Source: Myxococcota bacterium
Lineage (GTDB): Bacteria > Myxococcota_A > Polyangia > Nannocystales > Nannocystaceae
Reading direction: 5' to 3'
DNA: 64,000 nucleotides
Assembly: GCA_039028615.1 (NCBI GenBank)
Contig: JBCCHT010000016.1
Span: 32,001 to 96,000 of the forward strand
Part shown: one piece after another, positions 38,202-48,557 of the stretch
How the letters are laid out: the number at the start of each line of letters is the position of its first letter
Position numbering within the stretch: the first letter of the stretch is position 1
Program-made: the position numbers and the translations under genes
The notes under the pieces: model-generated
The model's database searches: none
Told to the model about the DNA's origin: nothing
What the model saw: the letters and a program-made list of their open reading frames with translations, nothing else

Positions 38202-38966
38202 TCAGGCGAGCGAGCCGCCGTCGATGACCAGCACCTGCCCGGTGATGAACGAGGCGAAGTCCGAGGCCAAGAACGCCGCCGAAGGCCCGATGTCCTCGGG
38301 CAACCCCAAGCGCGTCAGCGGCTGGTCGCCGATGAGCTGCTTCATGCGGCTCTCGTCCTGCCAGTAGTACGCGGAAAAATCGGTCTTGATGAGCCCGGGC
38401 GCGATCGCGTTGACGCGAACACCATGGGGCCCGAACTCCCGCGCCCAGTTGCGGGTGAACATGATGAGCCCCGCCTTGGTGAAGCTGTACAAGAGCCCGC
38501 CCGGCTGGGGCTTGAGGCCGGAGATCGACACGATGTTGAGCACGGAGCCGCCGCTCTTTCGCTCGATCATGCGAGGCACGATGCGGTTGACCAGACGAAA
38601 CGCCGACTTGACGTTGACGTCGATCATCTTGTCGAGCATGTCGGTGTTGGTCTTCAGCGAGGGTCCCTGACCGATGTTGGTCGCGGCGTTGTTGACGAGG
38701 ATGTCCACCGGGCCGAGGTCGGACTCGATGCCATCGACCAACGCGTCGATCTGCTCGGGGCGCCCGACGTGGCACGCCCGCGGGACGACGCGCCCCGGCA
38801 GCCCATCGAGCTGTTGCGCCGTCTCGTCGAGGGCCTCCTGCTTGCGGCTGGCGATGACCACGGTGGCCCCGGCCTGCGCCAAGCAGCGGGCGATGTCGCG
38901 GCCGATGCCCCGACTGCCTCCCGTGACCAGAGCGACCTTGTCCTCGAGCAAAATCGAAAGCGCCAT
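38202..38966 (-). CDS. short-chain dehydrogenase/reductase (DHRS4/FabG-like)
   Basis: [34 protein letters not shown]. Confidence 0.93.
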   Translation of the reverse strand: MALSILLEDKVALVTGGSRGIGRDIARCLAQAGATVVIASRKQEALDETAQQLDGLPGRVVPRACHVGRPEQIDALVDGIESDLGPVDILVNNAATNIGQGPSLKTNTDMLDKMIDVNVKSAFRLVNRIVPRMIERKSGGSVLNIVSISGLKPQPGGLLYSFTKAGLIMFTRNWAREFGPHGVRVNAIAPGLIKTDFSAYYWQDESRMKQLIGDQPLTRLGLPEDIGPSAAFLASDFASFITGQVLVIDGGSLA

Positions 38967-39052
38967 GACCCGCACGGTACCGCGGATCGTTCGGCACGCC
39001 GAGCACGTCGCCGGGCCGAAGTCACCGCGTCCGCGCAGGACGTACGCCGATC

Positions 39053-39634
39053 TCAGTCGTCGTGGAACCAACAGACCGGCTTGCAGGAGGTCTTTGCGAT
39101 GGCGTCGTCATGCTTGATGATCTCCTTTGGATCGGCACCCGCTGCGTTGCACGCTCCCTTGAACGCACCGGACGCGGCGGTGCAGATGATCAGCGCGAGG
39201 CCATCGGTCTCGAGATCCAAGGCCGCATTGCACGAGGCCCATAGGGCGCCGGTCGCCTCGCTACAGTTCCAGCCCAGGTCATCCATCACCTTGGCGGTGT
39301 CGTCGACGGAGGTCTTGATCGCGGATTTGCATATGCCGCAAATCCCTCCCAGCTCGGCCTTGTCGTCGAGATCGCAGACGAAATCGTCGCACTCGGGACA
39401 CTCGCAGCACGCCGAGTTCACGCAGCTGGTCGGAGCCTCCGTGGTCTGCGGGCCGTCACAGTAGTTCTCGACCCTGAACCCTCGGGGTTCGATAGGAGTG
39501 TCGTGGAACCGAAAATACGGATGAGAGCGAGGAGCGAGCCTCCTGTTTGGGAGTGCCCCGGCGGCGGAACTATTCAGAGCGCCCGCTCGTCCACCGCGCA
39601 GATTGTGGCGCCGCACCGTGGCCTCGGTTTCCAT
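39053..39634 (-). CDS. Cys-rich protein with saposin/halocin-C8-like C-terminal domain; 5' end uncertain, possibly a fragment
   Basis: 15 Cys in the distal roughly 135 aa, with CxxC followed by amphipathic helices. The first 55 or so codons look poorly coding. Confidence 0.5.
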   Translation of the reverse strand: METEATVRRHNLRGGRAGALNSSAAGALPNRRLAPRSHPYFRFHDTPIEPRGFRVENYCDGPQTTEAPTSCVNSACCECPECDDFVCDLDDKAELGGICGICKSAIKTSVDDTAKVMDDLGWNCSEATGALWASCNAALDLETDGLALIICTAASGAFKGACNAAGADPKEIIKHDDAIAKTSCKPVCWFHDD

Positions 39635-39663
39635 CCGGGAACGGTGGTACCCGCCGCCGAGGC

Positions 39664-40620
39664 CTAGCTGCGGGGGACATTGGAGATGGTCGCGCCGGGC
39701 TGAGCTTCCCGGAGGGCGTTGATCTCCTGCGAAGATGCGCGAGTCCGGGTCAGCACCACATGTTCGAGCTGGGGCAGCGCGTGCAACGGACGTAGATCGG
39801 TCACCGGGGTGTCGTCGAGACGAATCACGCGGAGTTCATGGCCCTCGGCGACAGGAGTGAGATCGGAGATGGTCGTGCAACACAACGATAGTTCTTGGAG
39901 CTTCGGAGCCGCACGCAGCGTGTCGATCTCGGTGATCGCGGAGTGATCGAGGATGAGATGTGTGAGCTGTGGCCACGTCCGCGAGGGCAGCTTCGGCGCC
40001 TGTACTTCATCGAGGTCGAGGTATCGCAGCGGGGCTGCTTGCAGCGGCTCGAGGTCGACGACCGCGCACGATGTCAGCTCGAGATGGGCGAGGTTCGGCA
40101 GTCCGTGAAGTGGGGAGAGATCGACCACTGCAGTTTCGTTGAGCAACAGAAATTCGAGCGATGGACAATGGGACAGCGGCTCGAGCCCGACTACCCGGCT
40201 CTCGTCGGCGTCGAGCGAGTGTAGCTGCGTGAGCCCTGCAAGTGGCGTGAGGTCATCAACCGCCGTGCGCCCGAGCTGAAGCAGGCGTAGCTCCGGCAGC
40301 GAGGCGATGGCCGTGAGGTCGGAGACCGAGGTATCGGCGAGCAACAACGTCCGCAGCGGGAGCCCGGCCAACGCGGAGAGATCGGACACGCCCGTGTGTT
40401 CGACGTCCAGGTGACGCAGGTTCTCGAGCGCGGCGAGTGGTGCAATGTCGGTGCACGAACCACGAACGAGGAGCTCCCGTAGCTCGGTGAGCTGCGATAG
40501 TTCGTGGATTTGTTGGTCGTCCGCCTTCCGCACCGACAGCTTCCGTCGTGCGCGCGGAACGGGCTGGCCACCCACGCGGACGACATCGGCGAGCGGCTGT
40601 CGGCGGGTCTTCGGCGGCAC
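39664..40620 (-). CDS. internalin-like leucine-rich repeat protein
   Basis: About 12 repeats of LxxLxLxxTxVxDLxPL; no signal peptide. Confidence 0.9.
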   Translation of the reverse strand: MPPKTRRQPLADVVRVGGQPVPRARRKLSVRKADDQQIHELSQLTELRELLVRGSCTDIAPLAALENLRHLDVEHTGVSDLSALAGLPLRTLLLADTSVSDLTAIASLPELRLLQLGRTAVDDLTPLAGLTQLHSLDADESRVVGLEPLSHCPSLEFLLLNETAVVDLSPLHGLPNLAHLELTSCAVVDLEPLQAAPLRYLDLDEVQAPKLPSRTWPQLTHLILDHSAITEIDTLRAAPKLQELSLCCTTISDLTPVAEGHELRVIRLDDTPVTDLRPLHALPQLEHVVLTRTRASSQEINALREAQPGATISNVPRS

Positions 40621-40739
40621 CCCCCGAGTCTAGGACATGTCGGCTTCAGCCGACCCGCGGTGGCGCGTCGGCCTCAATTGGCAACGCGGCCCTCGTCGAT
40701 GAGGGCCGCGTCGTCACTTCGTGAGGGGTTGGGATGAAC

Positions 40740-42254
40740 TCAGACTTCGTAGAGCACGTCGAGGTAGCGCTCGAGCACGTCGGAGATGGCTCCGCGCACG
40801 GGGAGCGTCCCGGCGAGGCCGTAGATCGGGGCCATGCCGCCCTCGCTCTTGGGCTGGGTCTTGACGTGCGCGACGGCGTCGCGGAGGTCGGAGAGGAAGC
40901 GCTCGGCCACGCCCTCCTGGGTGTGCCGCAGGGTGACGCACAGGTGCACGCAGGCGGGTCGGTGCAGGCCGTTGAGGTTCCAGCGCCGATGGGTCATGAA
41001 GTCGAGGATGCGGTAGATGTCGAGGTCGTCGGAGGCGAAGGCGATGACCCACAGGGGGTCGCCCAGCACCTTCAGGCCGTCGATCTGCTCGATGCCCGCG
41101 CGCACGGTGGCGGCGGTCTCGAGGATCTTCTTGGTGGCTGCCCGATAACCGTCGGCGCCGATCGAGACCATCGCGGCCCAGCAGGCGGCCGACAGCGCGC
41201 CCGGGCGGCTGCCCGCGAAGGTCGGCGACAGGTAGAGCCCCCCCGGCCAGTCGGTGGTGGTGTACCACTGGAAGCGACGCAGCTCGGGGCTACGGTAGAG
41301 CACGACGGAGGTGCCCTTGGCGGCGTAGCCGTACTTGTGGGTATCGGCGGAGATCGACGTGACGCCGGGCAGGCGGAAGTCGAACTTGGGCACGGGATAG
41401 CCGAGATCCGTGGCCCAGGGCAGCACGAAGCCGCCGAGGCAGGCGTCGACGTGGAAGCCGATGCCGCGGCTGCGGGCGAGCTCGGACAGCGACTCGATGG
41501 GATCGATGACGCCGTGCGGGAAGGCGGGCGTGGAGCCCACGACGACGGCGGTGTTCTTGGTCAGCGCCTTGCGAGTGGCGGCGACGTCGGCTCGGAAGTC
41601 GGGGCCGACGGGGACCTTGACCATCTCGATGCCGAAGTAGCGGCTGGCCTTGTCGAAGGCGGCGTGGGCGGTGGTGGGCACGACCATCTGCGGGTTTCGG
41701 ATGCCCCGCTTGTCCCGCGCGTAGTCGCGGTAGGTCTTCATCGCGAGCATGATGCTCTCGGTGCCGCCCGACGAGACGGCGCCGCAGACCTCGTCGTCTT
41801 CACCCACGTGGGCCGAGCCGAGCATGTGGCCGGTCATGGCGACGATCTCGGCCTCGTACTTGACCACGCTGGGCCACAGGTCGGCGTGCAGCGGGTTGGC
41901 CTGCGAGCAGCGGGCGTAGATCTGGTTGAGGAAATCGATGTGCTCGTTGTCGCCGTGGTAGACGGCGCCCGAGACGTAGCCGTCGCGCCAGCGCGAGGCC
42001 TCTTCGGACTGGAGGGTGTCGATCTCGTCGAGGATGTCCTGGCGGGCGCGGCCCTGCTCGGGCAGCCGAGTGACGCGCTCGAGCCGGTCGCGGTAGGGCT
42101 TGGCCGACTCCCGCATGCCCTCGAGCATGCTGGCGTACTCGGCCTCGAGGCGGGCGCGCACGAAGGGCACGCGCTTGGCGTAGCGGAAGGCGGTCGAGAG
42201 CACGCGCTCGCCTCGTTGGCGGAGGCGCTGGCGGGTCTGGTCGATGAGTTTCAC
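40740..42254 (-). CDS. sphingosine-1-phosphate-lyase-like PLP enzyme
   Basis: [41 protein letters not shown] (PLP lysine), AGSRPG. Confidence 0.88.
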   Translation of the reverse strand: MKLIDQTRQRLRQRGERVLSTAFRYAKRVPFVRARLEAEYASMLEGMRESAKPYRDRLERVTRLPEQGRARQDILDEIDTLQSEEASRWRDGYVSGAVYHGDNEHIDFLNQIYARCSQANPLHADLWPSVVKYEAEIVAMTGHMLGSAHVGEDDEVCGAVSSGGTESIMLAMKTYRDYARDKRGIRNPQMVVPTTAHAAFDKASRYFGIEMVKVPVGPDFRADVAATRKALTKNTAVVVGSTPAFPHGVIDPIESLSELARSRGIGFHVDACLGGFVLPWATDLGYPVPKFDFRLPGVTSISADTHKYGYAAKGTSVVLYRSPELRRFQWYTTTDWPGGLYLSPTFAGSRPGALSAACWAAMVSIGADGYRAATKKILETAATVRAGIEQIDGLKVLGDPLWVIAFASDDLDIYRILDFMTHRRWNLNGLHRPACVHLCVTLRHTQEGVAERFLSDLRDAVAHVKTQPKSEGGMAPIYGLAGTLPVRGAISDVLERYLDVLYEV

Positions 42255-43849
42255 GGTTGTCTCCGTTCGTCGGCGTCCTGGTGCAGCCGGCTATAGATGG
42301 GCTTGAGACGCCGATAGAGGGCGCAGTACTCGGAAAATTGGCGGTCGTAGACCTCGCGGACCTGAGCGCGAGGGGTGAAGCGAGCGCTCACTCCGACGTG
42401 GTTGGGGATTTCGTCCACCCCGACCAGGCCGAGGCCCACGCTGGCGAGCAGGGCGGCCCCGCGGGCGTTGCACTGCAAGGCGTCCTCGACCTGCTCGATG
42501 TCGCGGTCGAGCACGTCGGCGTAGATCTGGCACCACAGCTTCGAACTGGCCCCGCCCCCGATGACGCGAATGGGGTCGATGCGCTGACCGACGAACTTCT
42601 CGAGGGCCTGCAGCAGCCAGCGGCTATTGAAGGCCACGCCTTCGAGCACGGCCCGCATCATGTCGGCGCGCGTGCTGGTGAGCGACAGGTTGATGAAGGC
42701 CGCTCGCACCGTGTGATCGGGGATCGGGCAGCGCTCGCCGTAGAGCCACGGCGTGAAGATGACCCCGCCCGCGCCCGGCTCGGACTCGTCGGCGGCGGCG
42801 TCGAGGCGCTGGAAGAAGTCGTCGGGCGCCGGTCCTCCGCCCAGGGCGTCCTCGGGATGCAGGACATTGTCGCGCAGCCAGGTGAGGCACGCTCCGGCCG
42901 TCTCCTGCTCGTTGGCCACGAAGTAGCGGCCGGGCAGCGCGGAGGGTAACGACGCCATGTTGTTGCCGAGGTCGGTCTTCTTGAAGGGCACGTGGCAGGT
43001 CAGCCACGACGAGGTGCCGAGATAGACGTGGGCTTGCTTGTCTCGCACCGCACCCGAGCCGACCGCGGCCGATTGCACGTCGGGGGTGCCGCCCACCACC
43101 TTGACCTCGGTACTCAGGCCGAGGTCCGCGGCCGCCTTGGCGGTCAGCGTGCCGACGACGTCGGTCGCTCCGCACAGCTCGGGCAGCTTTTCGCGGGGCA
43201 GCCCGGCCAGCCGCAGCAGGGTGGGGTCGTAGTCGATGTGGTCGATGTCGCGGTTGTCGGTGACCCAGTGCAGCGCGATCGAGTCGTAGGTCGCCACCGC
43301 CCGGCCCGTGAGCCGCTGGATGAGGTAGTCCTTGGGCTCCAGCAGCTTGGCCGCGTCTCGGTACTGGTCCGGCCGCTCGTGGCGAAGAAAGAGGATATGG
43401 GAGAGGGGCTCCTTGCCCACCAGGCTGGGGGCCCCGCCCGTGCGGCGGATCCAGGTCCACAGCTTGTTGGCGGCGTAGCCCTCCACCTTCACCAGGCCGC
43501 CCACGACCTCGTCGATGTACTTCGCTCCGCGCGAGTCCATCCAGATGATGGAGCGGCCCAGCGCGTTGCCCTCGGCATCGACGGGCACGGTGCCGGCCCA
43601 CTGCGAGGTCACCCCGACCCCGACCACCCGCTCGGGATCGGCCAGCTTCCGTGCATGCAGTTTCGCGGTGGCGCTGACGATGGCCGACCACCACTCCTCG
43701 GGGTCCTGCTCCGCCCCGCCGCCGTCCGACAGGTGCAGCGTCGTGGGGGCGGTCTCTCCTCCCAGCACCTGTCCGGTCGCGGTGACCAGAGCCACCTTGG
43801 GCCCCGAGGTCCCGAGATCGATAGCGAGGATGAGCGGCGATGAGGTCAC
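42251..43849 (-). CDS. FGGY-family kinase (xylulokinase-like)
   Basis: [47 protein letters not shown] overlap with the lyase gene. Confidence 0.92.
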   Translation of the reverse strand: MTSSPLILAIDLGTSGPKVALVTATGQVLGGETAPTTLHLSDGGGAEQDPEEWWSAIVSATAKLHARKLADPERVVGVGVTSQWAGTVPVDAEGNALGRSIIWMDSRGAKYIDEVVGGLVKVEGYAANKLWTWIRRTGGAPSLVGKEPLSHILFLRHERPDQYRDAAKLLEPKDYLIQRLTGRAVATYDSIALHWVTDNRDIDHIDYDPTLLRLAGLPREKLPELCGATDVVGTLTAKAAADLGLSTEVKVVGGTPDVQSAAVGSGAVRDKQAHVYLGTSSWLTCHVPFKKTDLGNNMASLPSALPGRYFVANEQETAGACLTWLRDNVLHPEDALGGGPAPDDFFQRLDAAADESEPGAGGVIFTPWLYGERCPIPDHTVRAAFINLSLTSTRADMMRAVLEGVAFNSRWLLQALEKFVGQRIDPIRVIGGGASSKLWCQIYADVLDRDIEQVEDALQCNARGAALLASVGLGLVGVDEIPNHVGVSARFTPRAQVREVYDRQFSEYCALYRRLKPIYSRLHQDADERRQP

Positions 43850-43940
43850 GGCGGGTCCGGTGGTGCCGGGGATAGTGCCATGCGCGAGGCGCGAACGTGA
43901 GTTGGGAACTGGATTCGCTCCTCGTGCGTGTAAAGTAGTG

Positions 43941-44282
43941 ATGATGTCCCGTCGTGCCGTCGCCCTGGTGTTCGTCTCCGGCCTCTTTGCGGTGGGGTGT
44001 GCCGCCGCGACCGACACGCCGACCGCCGATCCCGAGGCGATGCGGCTCGATCCGCCGGTCACCATCGTCGAGGAGCCCGCCGAGCCGCCCGAAGAGGTGG
44101 CCGCTCAGGAGTCCGAGCAGCAGGCTGCCCTCACGGAGATCGCACGCGATCCCGATACAGAGGTGGTGACCTTCGAAGGCGAGGACGCCGATCCGGGGAT
44201 GGCCGACGAAATCACGGCGGCGCCCAAGCGGGAAAACCTGCCTTCCATGATGTCTGGCATCATCAAAGGCCCGAATAAGTAG
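43941..44282 (+). CDS. small acidic lipoprotein
   Basis: Lipobox AVGC; 113 aa, Glu/Pro-rich. Confidence 0.65.
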   Translation: MMSRRAVALVFVSGLFAVGCAAATDTPTADPEAMRLDPPVTIVEEPAEPPEEVAAQESEQQAALTEIARDPDTEVVTFEGEDADPGMADEITAAPKRENLPSMMSGIIKGPNK

Positions 44283-44612
44283 TTCCGGGCCCCTGTGCTC
44301 GCCCTCGTGGCTCGGCTCGAGGTCCCGCAGATGCGCAGCGCGCGGCGGCTTTGTTCGCGGTGCGCGCATCGTCGGGGGTGAACGCGCGGTGCTGGCGAAC
44401 GGTCAACTAGGCCATGCGGCCGCTTCAACGGTCGATTGGCCGACCATTCGGTAACCGTCCCATCCTGGTTCTTGATTGTCGGGTTTCCACTTGCAAGTGG
44501 GTGTTTCCCGCAATTCCTGGCAGTGGGGTACGTGGGATCCGGGGGTCCGTGACCTGACGCTATAGTGGCTTGGCGTACGATATTTTGTAATTTTGATTGC
44601 GTAAAACACAAA

Positions 44613-44627
44613 TAATGATGATTATCA
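44613..44627. promoter_or_regulatory. Fur-box-like 7-1-7 inverted repeat in an AT-rich intergenic patch
   Basis: TAATGAT-G-ATTATCA matches TGATAAT-N-ATTATCA at 12 of 14 positions. Confidence 0.5.
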
Positions 44628-44890
44628 CTGCGTTACCAGCGCTAACTTTCGCGGGGCAGATTTCGAAATGTCTTTGGAACGACCGTAATTTCAGTCGTTT
44701 CGCTGCCTCGGTCGAGCAGGACCAAACCGATCCTGCTGGCAACTTTTTCCGGCGCTCACTTGAATCCACGCGTGTTCTGCCGCAGATCTACGACATGTAA
44801 GGGGGCGTCGGAGTTCAAACCCTGGACCAACGCGGGGGCGCGGTGGTCGAATCAGCAGGGCGCGAACAACGGGCGACGCAGTTGGGGGCT

Positions 44891-46705
44891 ATGAGCAAAC
44901 TCTCCGAAGTACTTGCCATCGATCAGAACGTAGTGGGGGATGCGTTCGATCAAGGGCAGCAAGAAAAGCAGCACGACGAGCTACTGGACTTCGTCGTCGA
45001 GCCCGAGTCGACGCGGATGTCGGACGTGCTCGCGAACGTGTTGGCCGACCTGGGGGTCGAGTCCGCATTCGGCGTCGTTGGCGGCGGCATCGCTCCATTG
45101 AGTGATGCCCTCAACGGCTCGTCGATTCGCGTGGTCCATGCCCGTCACGAGTCGGGCGCGGCATTCGCTGCCGTCGAGGCTTCGCTGGCCAGTGGCCGAC
45201 CGACCGTGGTCTTCGCGACCACGGGCCCGGGCATCACCAACGCGCTGACCGGGCTGTTCGTGGCTCGCCGCGAAGGGGCTCAGGTCATCTTCTTGTCGGG
45301 CACCACGCCGCCGTCGCAGCGCGATCGCTGGGTTCTCCAAGAGTCCGGCCCGCATGCGATGCTCAGCGACCTCTATACGGCCGGTCCGCTGTTCCACTAC
45401 GCCACCGCCATCGAGCACGAAGATCAGCTCGACGTCGCGGTCTGTCGCTTGGCTCGAGGTCTACGGCGCCCGCACGGCTTCGTGGCTCACATCGCCATGC
45501 CGACGAGCATCCAGTCCAAGGAGCTGTCCCGGCCGCCGCGCAAGCTGGCCGCCGAGGAGCTTCGCCCGGAGCGCCTGGTCGATACGCACGACGTCAAACG
45601 CTGCGCCGAGCTGCTCACCAACGGGCAGATGATGCTGTGGGTCGGCTACGGCGCCCGCAACTGCTCGAGCCAGGTTCGTCAGCTCGCCGAGCGCCTGCAG
45701 GCGCCGGTCATGTCCACGCCGCGCGCCAAGGGAATCTTCCCCGAGGAGCATCCGCTCTACGTCGGCGTCACTGGCCTGGGCGGCCACATCGGCCCGGCCA
45801 AGGCGGCGATGTCGCTCGAGCCCAAGCACGTGCTGGTGCTCGGCACTCGCCTCGGTGAGCTGAGCTCCGGCTGGGCGTCCGAGCTGCTGCCCACCGACAG
45901 TCTGATCCACGTCGACATCGATCCCGACGTGCCCGGCTTGGCCTTCCCGGACATGCCGACCTTCGGCATCCAGGCCGAGCTCGAGACCTTCCTGAACGCG
46001 TTGCTCGAGGAGCTGCCGGCCGCTCACAAAGCCGAGCCGGTGCAGGTCGAGTCGCATAAGCGACCGTCCTCCCTCACGCCGCGACGGCTGGGCCAGGTGC
46101 GACCGCAGGTCCTGCTCGACGCCATCCAGCGCCTCATCGTCGACGAGACGGAGGCGATCATCGTGGCCGAGGCGGGCAACTCGTTCGCGTGGACCAACCA
46201 CCAGCTGTGCATGCCGCGAGCGGGCCGCTATCGCGCCAACATGGGCTGGGGCTCGATGGGCCACGGAGCGACCGGCGTGCTGGGAGCCGCGCTGCACCAC
46301 GCCGACAAGGCCGTGTCCATCGTGGGCGACGGCGCCATGCTCATGAACTGCGAGGTCAGCACCGCGGTTCAGTACAACATCCCCGTCATCTGGATCGTCG
46401 TGAACGACTCGCAGTACGGGATGGTCGAGCACGGGATGCGGGCCGCGGGCTACCAGCCCGTCGAGACCCCGATTCCCCGGACCGACTTTGCCGAGTTTGC
46501 CCGCTCGATGGGTGCCGATGGGGTGCGCATCGAGTCCGAGGAGGACCTCGAGGGGGCACTGACGGCCGCCCTCGAAGCGGCAGGGCCCTTCGTCGTCGAT
46601 GTGGTGATCGACCCGGACATCCCCGCCCCGGTGGGGAGCCGACTCAACAACCTCGCCGAGCACGGCGTGAACACTGACGGTGAAGGAGACGAGGACGACG
46701 CATGA
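44891..46705 (+). CDS. ThDP-dependent carboligase (acetolactate-synthase-like, ScyA/CybE-type acyloin synthase candidate)
   Basis: RHESGAAFAA, TTGPGITNA, GDGAMLM...VNDSQYGMV. No ilvN/ilvC nearby; coupled to the KAS-III gene. Confidence 0.85.
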   Translation: MSKLSEVLAIDQNVVGDAFDQGQQEKQHDELLDFVVEPESTRMSDVLANVLADLGVESAFGVVGGGIAPLSDALNGSSIRVVHARHESGAAFAAVEASLASGRPTVVFATTGPGITNALTGLFVARREGAQVIFLSGTTPPSQRDRWVLQESGPHAMLSDLYTAGPLFHYATAIEHEDQLDVAVCRLARGLRRPHGFVAHIAMPTSIQSKELSRPPRKLAAEELRPERLVDTHDVKRCAELLTNGQMMLWVGYGARNCSSQVRQLAERLQAPVMSTPRAKGIFPEEHPLYVGVTGLGGHIGPAKAAMSLEPKHVLVLGTRLGELSSGWASELLPTDSLIHVDIDPDVPGLAFPDMPTFGIQAELETFLNALLEELPAAHKAEPVQVESHKRPSSLTPRRLGQVRPQVLLDAIQRLIVDETEAIIVAEAGNSFAWTNHQLCMPRAGRYRANMGWGSMGHGATGVLGAALHHADKAVSIVGDGAMLMNCEVSTAVQYNIPVIWIVVNDSQYGMVEHGMRAAGYQPVETPIPRTDFAEFARSMGADGVRIESEEDLEGALTAALEAAGPFVVDVVIDPDIPAPVGSRLNNLAEHGVNTDGEGDEDDA

Positions 46706-47823
46706 AACCGGTAGGCTTCCGTTCACTCTCCGTTTCTTTTCCCGACACCGTTCGCACCAACGACTACTTCCGAGAGCAGAATCCCGAGCTCGTAGCGACG
46801 GCCGAGGAACGCACGCTCGCCAAGGTGTGGGCCAACCATGGGGGCGAGCCCTCCACCTTCGACCGCACCTTCGAGCCCTTCCGCGACGATCCCTTTCGTG
46901 GGACCCAGGAGCGCCGGGCGCTGCAGCCGGGCGAGAAGATGCTGCCGGTCGAGATCGACGCGGCCCGCAAGGCCGTCGCCGCGGCGGGACTCGAGCCGGG
47001 CGACATCGACACCGTGCTCGCGACCTCGTTCCTGCCCGACACCATCGGCATCGGGGCGGCGGTGTTCATCGCCAAGGCGCTCGGCATCAAGGGCGCGGCG
47101 TGGAACATCGAGACGGCGTGCAGCAGCGCCACCGCGGGCTTCCAGCTGGCCAGCTCCCTGGTGCGGGCCGAGCAGGCCAAGCACGTGCTGGTGGTGATCT
47201 CCTGCAGCTACTCGCGGGTCAGCGATCCCAACGACACCTTCGGATGGTTCCTCGGTGACGGCTGTGCCGCCTTCGTGGTCGGTGCGGTCGACGAGGGCTA
47301 CGGCCACATCGCGGCGCACACCATCAACACGGCCGAGACCTGCGGTGCCTTCTGGTACATGCTGGACCTCGATCCCGAGGGCAAGCCGTGGATTCGTGTC
47401 GAGGCCGGCGGCAAGGCGGGACGCTCGCTCCGCGACACGGCCGAGCCCTACCTTCGCCAGTGCGTCGAGGGGGCGGCCAAGGCCGCGGGCGTGGGCCTGG
47501 GCGACATCGACTTCTTCGCCTTCAACACGCCGACCGCCTGGTACGGGGAATTCTGCGTGCAGACGCTGGGCATCGATCGCGACAAGACGATCAACACCTA
47601 CCCGCTGTACGCCAACATGGGGCCCGTGCTGTGGCCGGTGAACCTGCACCACGCCGCGTCGCTCGGGAAGCCGAAGAAGGACGACCTGGTGCTGCTATAC
47701 TCGGTGGGCAGCGTGTCCTCGGCCGGCTCCATCGTGATGCGCTGGGGCGACGTGGGCCTCGGTCCGCTGCCGCAGCGGGTCCAGGACGACATGGACGCCT
47801 GCACCAAGCTCGTGGCCGTCTGA
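46702..47823 (+). CDS. 3-oxoacyl-ACP synthase III (FabH-like) protein with Cys-Asn-Asn triad
   Basis: ETACSS (catalytic Cys), LGDGCAA, FAFNTPT where FabH has H-Q-A-N, and YANMG; ATGA overlap with the upstream gene. Confidence 0.88.
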   Translation: MKPVGFRSLSVSFPDTVRTNDYFREQNPELVATAEERTLAKVWANHGGEPSTFDRTFEPFRDDPFRGTQERRALQPGEKMLPVEIDAARKAVAAAGLEPGDIDTVLATSFLPDTIGIGAAVFIAKALGIKGAAWNIETACSSATAGFQLASSLVRAEQAKHVLVVISCSYSRVSDPNDTFGWFLGDGCAAFVVGAVDEGYGHIAAHTINTAETCGAFWYMLDLDPEGKPWIRVEAGGKAGRSLRDTAEPYLRQCVEGAAKAAGVGLGDIDFFAFNTPTAWYGEFCVQTLGIDRDKTINTYPLYANMGPVLWPVNLHHAASLGKPKKDDLVLLYSVGSVSSAGSIVMRWGDVGLGPLPQRVQDDMDACTKLVAV

Positions 47824-47855
47824 GCCCGGGCCATGGGGCTACGGCCCCACGATCG

Positions 47856-47889
47856 AAGAAGGCACCCCAACGGGTGCCTTCTTTCGTTT
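47856..47889 (+). terminator. Rho-independent terminator
   Basis: AAGAAGGCACCC-caac-GGGTGCCTTCTT (12-bp perfect stem) followed by TCGTTT. Confidence 0.8.
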
Positions 47890-47907
47890 CGGCGGGCCGC
47901 GAAGGGC

Positions 47908-48396
47908 TCAGGCCGGGTGGCGGTGATTCTCGACGAAGTCGGAGATCACGCTGGGGCTGAGCTCGGGCGCACCGCGCTGAGACAGGATGTACGGCATCCA
48001 CTCCGACGCGCTCTTCACCGTGGCGAAGGTGTTGGTCGGGTAGGGGCTGCGCGTCACGATGCTCATCGTGCGGGCCATGGCCCGCGTCAGGCCGCCGAGG
48101 ACACCCTGGACCTCGATGACCGCCGCCATGCCGAGAGCCGCCTCCCGATGAGCACGCATGGCCTCGTCGAAGGCCTGGCGTACGTCGGGACCGACCGGCG
48201 CACAGTTGGCGGTGATGATTGCAACGAGTGCAAAGCCGCGGCCGGCTTCACCCTCGAACTTTGAAAAGTGGCGCGCCGCCAACTTCGCCGTGTCCACTGT
48301 GGGCGTCGCTCTCCAGATGACGACCGCACAGTTTTCGATAGTTCCGACGAAGAGTTCGGGGCGGTCCTCGAACACGCCATGGCTCGGTTCAGTCAT
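47908..48396 (-). CDS. STAS/SEC14-like small protein
   Basis: Typical myxobacterial pattern: VVIWR...P.PDVRQ...AAVI...G.LGGL.R...F.TV.SA.EW. Confidence 0.65.
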   Translation of the reverse strand: MTEPSHGVFEDRPELFVGTIENCAVVIWRATPTVDTAKLAARHFSKFEGEAGRGFALVAIITANCAPVGPDVRQAFDEAMRAHREAALGMAAVIEVQGVLGGLTRAMARTMSIVTRSPYPTNTFATVKSASEWMPYILSQRGAPELSPSVISDFVENHRHPA

Positions 48397-48557
48397 CGAG
48401 TTTGCCTGCGGCCGGGTCGGGGGGAAGCGGCCGTCCAAGTGCTCATCCATCTTACGCAGGGGTCCTAGGACGCGTCCAGCGAGGGAATTTGGGGCGAACA
48501 CGCCCATCCTCGTGGACCCGTCGGGTCGCGCTCTAGGCGCGTTGGTCCGGGGGTCGA

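Noticed and set aside
44597..44800. 67-aa ORF in the AT-rich intergenic region
   Set aside because: It has a TTG start with no RBS and atypical codon usage; the region is better explained as regulatory DNA.
44891..46705. Annotation as housekeeping acetolactate synthase ilvB
   Set aside because: There is no small subunit or ilvC nearby, and it is coupled to an atypical KAS-III, so no gene symbol was assigned.
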